64,000 nucleotides of DNA from the human T2T-CHM13v2.0 reference genome, Homo sapiens, in the NCBI RefSeq assembly GCF_009914755.1, contig NC_060934.1. One strand, given 5' to 3'. This document shows, piece after piece, positions 24,685 to 38,395 of the stretch; within the stretch, counting starts at the first letter, position 1; the number at the start of each line of letters is the position of its first letter. Below the pieces are notes generated by a model. That model had not been told where the DNA came from and made no database searches. It saw nothing but the letters and a program-made list of their open reading frames with translations. A program made the position numbers and the translations under genes.

Positions 24685-25964
24685 AGGCATGCTCAGGCAC
24701 ACCCCCGCCCTGGAGCACATGCGTCTCTCTTTCTGCGTGATACTCAGCAGTTTGTGAACTACCTTTGGAGCCCGTAAAGTGGAGATGAGCCCCATGCATG
24801 TCACTGAACTCAGAACATGGGGAGCCTGGGTTACAGATCCACAGAATAACCAAGACCAGCGTGGCAGGGGCCTCCAGGGGCCGAAACCTCCAGGTGAGTG
24901 CCTCAGTGAGAATCCAGTCCCAGGAACACATTCACTCTCTGAAACACTGCTCTGGTCTGAGCCCCCTCTGCTTCCAGGGGCCTGACCTTACCTGACCATG
25001 CATGAGAGTCAGAGGCCAAGGCACAGTTGCCCTCCTCTTTTTCAGGGTCTCTGTCTTCAGTTCTGAAAGTCCCTAGTCAAAGCCTCCAGGGTTTCTGCTG
25101 CCAGCCAATGACCACTCGGGGGAGCCCGTGAGCCATCAACCACAGATGTTGCCTGGCCAGAAGGGATCTGTAACTAAGAAGAAACTTGGCAGCAGGGGAA
25201 GAAACGAGGTGCCTTAGTAGGTACCGGTTTGAGCTTTTCTCATGTCCCACAGCAGCTAAGAATTTGTCACTACTGTTGTGGCTTCTAAAAGAGCCACCTG
25301 TGTCCTTGACCTTGGATATGGCAGAGCTGGGAAGGACATACTAGCTCACTAGGACAGGGGTGGCCAACTTAAGCAGGTACAGCCTGGCTCTGCCATGGAA
25401 TTGCTGTGTGACCCTGAGTAAGCCACTTGCCTTCTCTGGGCCCTAGTCTGCTGCTCTCAGGATTCTTGGGTAGAAGTGACAGAACTATGACTAAGTGAAG
25501 CCACTGGGCAGCTCATGGAATTCAGAGGAGGGGCAGAGAATTGATGAAACAAGAAACAAGGGGGCTGTCACCCCAGGGCCCAGCAAGATCACCTGGCACT
25601 TGTTGGCCTGCGGGGCCACCTCTCTCCCTCCTACCTGCACTGACTACTCCCAGCTCTGCTGAAGGACTCTGGCACCCCTCTGCCACCCTAGATTAACCTG
25701 GCTGTCTCTGCATCTGTGTGCCCTTTCTGCACGGTAGGTTCCTGCCCTGCATGGAGGCTACCTGGCCAACAACCCACCTACCCAAGGATGGAAAAGGATG
25801 GAAAAGGAGATTTTGGCGCTCTTTATGTCCACAGTGCAGAAAGGGACCAGCCCCCAAGTGGAACGGGTTTTGGAGACTGGTGGCTAAAAGTGACAGATGT
25901 TTGCCACACTTCTTATTTGTATATCAAGATCTGATTGTTAAATTGTTTACTGTTGCGCTTTAAA

Positions 25965-26235
25965 CTAACAATGGCAGCAGCAACAGCAATCTCAAATGCA
26001 GGTATAGCACACACCACGCACGTGCAGGGCATCATTCAAATAGCTTATGTGTATCAACCCGTTTAATCCCCGCACAGACTCCACGAAATAGATTCTATTA
26101 TATCCCCCTTTTATAGGTGAGAAAATTGAGGCATGGAGAGTTTAAATGCCTGGCTTAAGTTCACACAGTTGGTAAGAGGTAGAGTGGGAATTTGAACCCT
26201 GGGAGCCTGGTCCTCTCAAGCCTGTGTTATGCTGC
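25965..26235 (-). mobile_element. MIR, near full length
   Basis: ctattatatccccctttttataggtgagaaaattgaggcatggagag...ttcacacagttggtaag. Confidence 0.8.
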
Positions 26236-26539
26236 CATGTCGGACATTAAATTTCAGCATCTTCAATAACACTTGATATCCAGGGAATGAACCAAACAGC
26301 ACGCACGCACATCAGCTTGGAGTTTCTCTGCTTTTCTAAACCTTTCTTCTCTTTACGGTTTAACGACAAAACCACTTTTCTGTCTGTAGAGTTCATCCTT
26401 ACAGGAAAACTTTCTTGTTTTTGCTGAACAGGAGAGAAGTCAGTAAATGCTATAGAAAGCACAGCCTGTGTCGGGAATGGAGATGAAATATTTCTTTGTT
26501 AGACATGCCATCAAAAAGTCCCGAAGTTGAGGAAGAACG

Positions 26540-26860
26540 CAGGTTTATTTTCAAATAAATGCTCACTTGGACTTTGTGCCAAACTTGCGGCGTCGGAAGG
26601 GTGGGAAAGCGGTGTCGCTCTGCAGGACCCAGACCGCCAGGGGGCAGGCCATGCCTCCACCAGACTGCGGCGAGTTTTGACTCCGGAGGACTCTCCAAGT
26701 CGGGTTTTTCCAGAGCAGGCTATTTGCAAAGCAGCCAGGAGGTGTGGCTCCGGGGACTTGAGTTGTATTTTTATCTGCTGCTCACTTCCAGCAATCTGGC
26801 ACACATTTCTCTTTGGCACACAAAGGAAGTGCCTGCCGCCTGCAAAGCATGAATCACTTT
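26540..26860. promoter_or_regulatory. Candidate enhancer (HNF4/FOX/NFI/GATA/ETS motifs plus CTCF-like site)
   Basis: TGGACTTTG 26568-26576, TGCCAA 26577, CCGCCAGGGGGCAG 26634, TTATCT 26771, TTGGCA 26813, AGGAAGT 26824, in CpG-retaining unique DNA. Confidence 0.45.
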
Positions 26861-29448
26861 TTGGGAGAGGTGGTCTAGCTCTCCCTTTGGGTGGACTCAA
26901 GCCCCAAATGTAATTGCCAACATGATCCCCCACAGAGGAGTTTATTTCTGTCCTCCTCCCCCGTTCTCCAGGGGTGGCTCCGTTTTTGCCTCTGGGCAGA
27001 GTGGGATGCTCCTGTCCTGTTCTTCAACATGGCCACGGAGCCTGGAAGTCAGGCGGAGCCGGCTCCTGTGGAGGGTGCATTCCCTCCGGCAGAGGTCAGC
27101 TCAGCAGAACACCTGAATGTGCTTCACACGGCCAGATCGAGCCCCCCGAGGCCCTCCCATTTGGGGAAGAAGGAAGGGGGACTCTCCCTTTGGCCACACA
27201 GCCCAGATAAGCAGGGCATGGTCCCAGAATTCGAGGTGAGAGGCTGTGGGTGTCTCCAGGGGCGCGCCAGGCAGCCTTCTGCTCTGTCCTGGGCCATTCC
27301 AGCCCCTGGGTCCCATACAGAATCTGACTCCCCAAGGAGCAGGGTCTCATTCAGAGGCAGCAGCCCGTCTCCCACAGGCTTCGCTCCTTCCGAGGCCCAG
27401 TTCCTGGTGGAGGAGACCTCCCAGTCACCAGCGACTCAGGTCCCGCTCAGGACGAGGGCACAGCAGAGGGCGCCTTCGACAAATGTGAGTGTGGCTGATT
27501 CTCATGGAGTCTGCTTTGGTCTCACCCATACCCTTGGCTTCATGTCACCCTGTGGAAACGTCACCTCCTCCAGGAAGCCTGCTCTGACTCCCTCGCTTCT
27601 TTTGCCCCTCCTTTATCATAGCACTCTGTCTACACACTCAACGGTGGAGATCTGATCACAAGCCTCCCGCACTAACACTGTTTCTTGAGGTTAGCCACCA
27701 AGTATGAGTCCTCCAGAGTCCCAAGACCTGGCTGAAACCCAGAATAAATGCCCTGGAATCAGAATTGAATTAGGGGATGAGAGCTGTGTGCCCTCCACCC
27801 CACAGTGACAGCTGTACCCTTACACACACAGGCATATGCGCCTCTCCATGTGTTTTTATCCTACATAAATAGGATTACATGGTGTGTGTTATTCCACGAC
27901 TTGCAACAGCCTCCTAGCCCCTGCCCCTGCCTCCAGCCTCAGCCCAGCAAACCCATCTCCATGGGACAGGGAGAGTGAGCTTCCTCATCTGACCCCAGCA
28001 GGATTCTGTTCAAATCCCTCCCAAGGCTCCTGCCTTGTTCCTGTTCGCAACCCAATCCCCATTCTCCCCTCACTCCCTAGTCTGCCACAAGGGAGTCTGC
28101 CATGCCCTTAGCACCTGCTGACCCTTCCCTTCATCACTCCAGGAGCTCCAACTCTTCCTCCAGTGTCACCTTCTTTGTGAAGCCTCCCCAGATTCCCCCA
28201 GAACCAGCTGCAAGCAGGAGCTTCCAGGATATGCCTATGTGGGAAGCAGCTGAGATGCCCCAGGACTTTTGAGCCTCCTGGCCTGAATAGAGAGGCTGCC
28301 TTCTTCCTGCACAGAGTTTGGAAAAAGCTAAGATTCCCAGGCAACCTTCACCCTGCTGCAGAAATACCACAGAGCCTGCCGCATTATATAGCCAGAAAAG
28401 AGAAGAGACCCTGATTCACAGGCCCAAACGCTGGCAGTGCATTTAGCATCTGACAAGAGCTAGATGACCTGCTGGGGGACTCTAGGCCCTGGGAAACAAC
28501 AGGAAGCAGAGTCTGCCCCTTTGCAAAGCCTCATCTGTGTATTAACCCATTGGGTCATCTGAGAAGGCAGGGCAGAGACAATGAAGAGAGGGAAGCCCAG
28601 AGAAGTTGAGTGACTGCCCCAGGCCCCACAGCAGTGAGTGGCAGGGTAGATTCCTCATCACCCTGACCTCCCGCCGCACACCTGAGTCACTGTGTGAGTT
28701 GTGGGGCCTCTGAACAGTGCTTCAATAGTCCTGAAGCCTCCCCATGCCTGGAAAAGTCCGGCCCACGTTAAACACCTACCATGTGTGGACCAGACCGCAG
28801 ACTGCTGCACCTTGGAAGCCCACACAGCCAGGGAGCTGGAGACGGCTTCTTAATTTATGCAGTGGTTTGAACTGGAAAGTCTAGGGTGGAGGAATTTGGA
28901 GAAAAATAGAGTTATATTTTAAGTCCTCTAGTAGATCTTCCCATTCAAAAGAAGCACATGGTGAGTTCATTTCAAATGCAAATATGTGTTCTAATTTATC
29001 TGTCAGTTGGGGTTTTTGAGCCTTGATTTAATGAACTTTGTATTTATTGCACAATCAACAGAGCAACAATCGGCCTGTTTGTGTCTCTTGAGTTTGTTAG
29101 GGCATTTTGTATAGACGTTTCCAATTGTGATGTACGGGAATGTGTCAGCATTTCCCTTGGTGATTTCTTCCAGAGCCGCAACATTTAGAAAAAATTTTAC
29201 TTTTCTAAAGAAGTCATAAATACTTCATTTGGGCTTTTTCTATAATTCATTTTTACATTTTACACTTTAACTTTTGAAGATTGTGTTTGAGGAGTGAATC
29301 TAGATACTTCTTTGCTTTCATCAGATCACAAATGAATGAAAGTGAATGACCCCCACTGTTTTGTGCACCCCTTTTTACCATTGGCTCTTTGTGTCTTTCA
29401 TTTATTCCACTCTTCATTCTCTCCCCCCCTTAATATATAATATTGTTT

Positions 29449-30356
<908 letters not shown>

Positions 30357-30427
30357 CAGCTAGGCTGATTTGAACCTATATCCCTCCCAGAGGCAATGTG
30401 CATATCCTTTTGGTCAATTGTGCATGC

Positions 30428-30432
<5 letters not shown>

Positions 30433-30462
<30 letters not shown>
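30433..30462. repeat. (CA)15 microsatellite
   Basis: Uninterrupted CA run. Confidence 0.95.
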
Positions 30463-30465
<3 letters not shown>

Positions 30466-30479
30466 GGGCATGCACATTC

Positions 30480-31050
30480 TACCTTTGTCATGTATGAATA
30501 GGTCTGTGTTATATTGTGCATGTTATTCTGTGACTTGCTTTCTTCATTTAACATTTTGTCTTGGAGGCCTTTCCAGCTGTTCACATGGACTGCTCCATTC
30601 ATTAATGGCCACACAATATTCCATAGGATAGTTGGAGCATATTTTATTTAACCAACCCCTTATTAATGAACCTAAGAACCTAAATGTTCTTTCCATTTTC
30701 TCACAATTGAAGAAAATGAAGCAATGAATATTTTTGTTACATATATCTTTCAAGACATGTGAAGTGTTTCAAAATGTGATGATTTCTAGAAGTGGAATTA
30801 TTAGAGCTGCAGTTTTGAGATATATATATATAGATATATATATAATCAAATTATTTTCTGAAACTCATCATCCAGTTGCACTCCTATGACAATGTATAAG
30901 CCTGCCTGTTTCTCTGCATATATGCAAACATTTGATATTATCCCTCTTTTTAATTCTTAACTATATGGTGGGTGAAAATAAACTCTCATTATTGTTTTAA
31001 TGTGCATTTTATCAAAATCAACCATATATATTTCCTCCTATGTGAAATGG
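30480..31050 (-). mobile_element. Old L1ME-type fragment
   Basis: atattccataggat...gcaatgaatatttttgttacat...ctagaagtggaatt. Confidence 0.65.
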
Positions 31051-32089
31051 CTCTTTGTTGAATGAACAGACAGAAATGAATGGAAAATCAACCAAGTTCT
31101 CTGAAGATGCAAGGCAAAGTCAGAGTGAGAAAGAGGAAAGAGAACAGCTTCCTTCTATCAGTGGGGGAGGGGCTGCCGAGGCCACGAGGATCCTTTACAG
31201 AGACAACCCCACCACTCTGTGAGAGCTGCTGGACAGGCCAGGCAGTGTGCACATGCCATGGGAAATAGGACAAGTGGAGCTGGCTAAGGAGTTATTGCTT
31301 AAGATGGTGCACACTGTACCCTGACCATAGGCACTTTGCCCAGGGGGTGCAGTGGGGTCTAGATGCCAGACAGAAGTCTGCGTGTGCAGCTATGTAACTG
31401 GGCAGGGCTCTGTTAGTTCACAGGAAGCTGAGACTCGTGCGCTTCATCTGCCTGCAGGGGCATCTGCTTTTAACTCATCCGAAGGCTCCCAAAGTGCTAG
31501 GGATGGCTCTAAGACTTCAGCAGGTGAGGGCATCCCTTGGGCTGCCTCTCAGGCACAGTGCGCGTTGTTAACGTGGCTACATTTGCCTTCAGAGGCCCCT
31601 GTGGTCAGGAAGCAGACGAGGATGAGTGCTGCAGGGCACAGAAGACCTTTGAGACTCTTACCTCTGCTACACCAGCCACACCATCAGTGGAGCACTGAGG
31701 CCCCTGCATTCCAACATGCAAACTCTCCATTCAGACCTAAAACATAGGATGACTTAAAAAACATGCTTTCACTGTTGGAAGCATGTGGCTCAAACTACAG
31801 AGAAATATCCAGGCTGCACCTGTCTTGACCAACCTGGAGCAAAGGAATCACTCAAACCAACAAACGCCCATGCAGTCTAAGACTGAGCTCTTGCCTGGCT
31901 TTGGACTTCAACAGCTCTTTTCATGTCCTGTAGTCATTTGTTAGTGCATAGGTTTCCTGGCTTGAGACTCCAGTGTTTCTCAAAGACAAGAACGCTGAAA
32001 AGGGACTCCTTCCTTTTGCATGTTCCAGAGAGATATCAGTATTCTGTCCTATGAGCACTTATTTATTTCCTGGAATAAAACAGTTAAAA

Positions 32090-33615
<1,526 letters not shown>

Positions 33616-33939
33616 AACCGCAGGGAATTAAATTAAAAATCAATAACAGATATTTGGAAACGTCAAATAGTTAGAAATTGAAAAACACACTTTAAAATAA
33701 GCTATGGTCAAATAGTTAATATTAAGGAAAATTATAAAACATTCCAAATTGATAAAAAATGAACATATATCAAAATTTGTGGGATGACATTAACGCTGTG
33801 CTTTAAGGAAACTTATTGCTTTTAATACTTGTATTAAAGAATAAAAAAGGTCTCACATTAATGGTTTGAGTTGCCATCTAAAGACACTACAAAAAAGAAG
33901 ATCAAATTAAACCCAAAATAACCAGAAGGAAGGAGATGC

Positions 33940-34185
33940 ATTTAGCCTTTTTTTGAGCAACATGGGTTTGAATTGCATGGGCTCATTTATACATAGAGTT
34001 TTTTCCCCCAACCAAACATAGATAAAAAATACAGTATTTGTGGGATCTGAAACCCACATATATGGAGGGCCAACTTTTCATATACACAAGCTCTACAGGG
34101 CTGATTTCAGGTCTTAAGTATGTGTGGATTTTGATATATGCAGAGATCCTAGAACCAATCCCCTCTGTATACCAAGGGATGACTG
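33940..34185. mobile_element. MER8-like Tigger MITE
   Basis: ttgagcaacatgggtttgaattgcatggg...aaccaatcccctctgtataccaagggatgactg. Confidence 0.75.
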
Positions 34186-35048
34186 CAATAGAGAGCAGAA
34201 ATTAGTAAAATAGAAAACAAAGAGAAAAGAGTAGAGAAATATCAATGAAACCAAAATTTGGTTCTTTGAAAAGATCAACAAAATTGATGTCCTAAATCTA
34301 TTTAAAAATTAAGTCTGTAGTTAAAACACCTTTCCACAAAGAAAACTCCAGGGCTGCATGACTTCAATGATGAGTATGCTACCAGACATTTAACGAGAAG
34401 ATGATGCCAACTCTACACAAACTCTTCTAGAAAATGGATGATAAGAAACACTTTCCCACTAATTTATGAGGCCATCATTATTCCGATACCAAAACCAGTG
34501 ATATACATTATAAGGACATAAAACTACAGATGAAAATTTCTCATTAAAATAAATTCTATAATCTTCAACAAAATAGTATTAAATTGAATGCATCAGTGTA
34601 TATAAAAATAAGCTATGACTTGATGGGATTTATCATAGAAATGCATAGTATGACTTTTAGAAAGCAATCAATATAATTCATTATATTAACCAACAAAAAA
34701 TAAAAAACAATACTATCACCTCAGTATATGCAAAAAATGCATTTGGCAAAATTTCATACCCATTCATGACATGAACTATCAACAAGTAGGAACAAAAAGA
34801 ACTGCCTCAATATTGTTTAGAAAAAATCTCCAGCTAACCTCAGTCTTAATGGTAAAAGTCTGGATGCTTTCCCCCTAACATCAGAAAGCAGGCCAGAATG
34901 TCTTTGCTTAACACTTTTGTTCAACATTGTACTGGAGGTCATAGTCAGTTTATTAACAGAAGAAAATGAAATAAAAGAACAAAATGGGGAATGTAAAACT
35001 GTCTTTATTCACAGACAACCTGATTGTCTATATAGAAAATACTGACAG

Positions 35049-35400
35049 TGTTTCTTCGTTCATTTTGTGCTGCTATAACAGAACACCACAGACTGAGTAA
35101 TTTATAAAGAACAGGAATGTTTTGACTCCTGATTCTGGAGGCTGAGAAGTCCAAGATCAAGGGGCAGGCATCTGGCAATGGCTTCCTTGCTTGTTATATC
35201 ATCCCATGGCAGAAAGGTAAAGAGAGGGTGAGAGAGAGAGCAAGATGCTTAACTTTCAGCCTTAATTTTAGCCTTTTTATAAATGCATTAATCCATTCAT
35301 GAGGGTGGAGACTTCATAACCTAAACACCTCCCATCACCATTGCATTGGGAATTAGGTTTCCAACACGTGGTTTTTGGGGAACACATTCAAACCATAGCA
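35049..35400 (-). mobile_element. MST (MSTD-like) MaLR solo LTR
   Basis: tgctgctataacagaacaccacagactg...cattcaaaccatagca. Confidence 0.85.
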
Positions 35401-35531
35401 GAAATATTTTTAAATTTATTAGCAATAATAAATGAGTTTAGCAAGATCATAGGGTACAAAGTTGTTATACAAAGTCAGCAGTATTTCTCCATACTAACCA
35501 CAAATAATTGGAAATTGGAGTTAAATAATAT

Positions 35532-35637
35532 TTAATCCATTAATGAGGGTGGAGACCTTATAACCTAAACACCTCCCATCACTTTTGCATTGGGGATTAG
35601 GTTTCCAACACGTGCTTTTTAAAGGACACATTCAAAC
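35532..35637 (-). repeat. Local 106-bp duplicate of 35288-35393 (MST LTR segment)
   Basis: Gap-free alignment with 11 mismatches by my count. Confidence 0.9.
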
Positions 35638-36019
35638 ATTTAAAATAACACCCAAATTATGAATATCTAGGAATAAATTTAACAAAAGATATACAACACA
35701 TGTATACTACAAAGCTGTTTTGAGAGAAATTAAAGAAGATCTAAGTAAATAGAGATATACCATGCTCATGGATAAGAATCTCATTAATTCTAAGATATAA
35801 ATTTTCCTAAATTGGCCTATAGTTAAAATATTATCATAATCAAAATCTCAGCAGGGTCCTTTGTAGACATTAACAAAACAATTTAAAATTTGTATAAAAA
35901 TACAAAGGATGTCGACTAGCCAAAACAATTCTGAAAATGAACAAAATTGGAGGATTTGTACTAACTGATTTCAAGGCTTACTAAAAAGCTTCAGTAGTCA
36001 AGCCAGTGTGGATTTTGGC

Positions 36020-36115
36020 TATATATATATGTGTGTGTATATATATGTATATATATACACATACATCTCTTTCATATATATACATATATATACATATATA
36101 AATATATGAAAGAGA
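36020..36115. repeat. (TA)/(TG) microsatellite complex with 14-bp inverted arms
   Basis: tctctttcatatat (36066-36079) and atatatgaaagaga (36102-36115). Confidence 0.85.
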
Positions 36116-36488
36116 ATAGAGACTCCAGAAATAGACTCACACATATATAGTCAATTGATTTTTTACAAGGCTCCAAGGCAATTCAATGTGTAAATGTTAA
36201 TGGAATACCTGGATATCTACACAGAAAAAAGTTCCCAAACCTTACTGTACATTGAATAAAAAATTAACTCAAATAGTATCATAAACCTATATCCAAGAGC
36301 TAAAACTATTGTGCTTCTGGAAGAAAAAAAAGAGCAGAAAACCTTTTTTGACCTTGGATTAAGTTAATATTTTTAAATAGGACACAAAAAGCACAAATTT
36401 TAAGAAAACACACACATAAATATTGAACTTCACCAACATTATAGACTTCTGCTCTTTCAAAGATAATGTTAAAAAGATGAAAAGGTAA

Positions 36489-36813
<325 letters not shown>

Positions 36814-37082
36814 ATCTTTTAAAAATGGTCAAAACATTCCGACAGACCCTTTACCTAAAATGTTTTTCAGATGGCAAGTAAGGAAACAAAAATATGCTCA
36901 ACATTATTAGTCATTAGGGAGATGCAGATTAAAACAAAAATGAAATGCTACACACCCCCCCACACATACACACAAATGACTATAATTAAAGAGATGGACA
37001 ACACCAAATATTGGTGAAGATGAGGAACAGTTGGATTTTTAATACATGGTTCATGGTACAGCCACTTTAGAAAGTATTTTGA

Positions 37083-37431
<349 letters not shown>

Positions 37432-38172
37432 TCATGTAGGATATGACCCTGGCATTCCACTCTTTACCAAATGAGAACATATGTCCACACAAAGGCCCTG
37501 CCTACTAATGTTTATAACAACTTTATTCATAATATCCAAAACCTAGAAACAACCCAAAGTCCATCAACTAGTGAATAGATGAACACATTGTGGCATACCC
37601 ATAGAGTGAAATATCACTTAGCTATAAAAAAGAGCAAACTGCCAATATATTCAACATGGGTGCATCTCATAAGTATTATGTCAAGTGAAGAAGCTAGACA
37701 CAAAACAATGTATTATATGATTCCATTTATATGGAATACTTTAAAAGGAAATTATAGTAATGGAAATCACATCAATGGTTGCCAGTGCCTGATGAGTAGC
37801 AAGGGATTGACCACAACGGGGCATTTAGGACCTTTTCAGGGAGGTGGAATAGTCTCTATCACGATTGTAGTGGTATCCCACTAGTGGATATATTTGTCAA
37901 ACTCATTGAATTGTACACTTAAAATTGGCAAATTTGATTGTATGCAAATTTTACCTCAATAGAGCTGACAAAGATTAATGATAGGCTGATAGTATCTGGT
38001 CTCCATGGTACCTACCTCCTGCACTCTCTGGGTCTCCAATCCCTGAAAAGAGAGAAGCTAGGGGAGGACCAGCATCTTTGCTCTGTGTATCTGTGGTGCT
38101 GGGAGGGACAGCATCCCTGGAAGATGTTCAATGTCTGTAGAAGTAGCATCCACTCAGGGAGAGCGCTGAAGG

Positions 38173-38395
38173 CACTGCTACACATTTTTATTCATATCGC
38201 CCCCTAAGGAGCGTTTTGAGACCTGTTTTCCTAATCGATCCACCCCCATGACATTTTAATACAGATGTACTGTACAGCTATTTATGTTATGTATGCATAT
38301 CTGTGCTTCATACATAAAAATAGTAAGATTTTATTCTCCCCCAAAGAACCAATTTTTGCCACCTTCTGGGCAACATTGCCTATTGAGAATGGACA
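38173..38395 (-). mobile_element. MER106-like hAT-Charlie MITE
   Basis: atcgccccctaaggagc...atatctgtgcttcatacataaaaa...aagaaccaatttt...attgagaatg. Confidence 0.65.
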
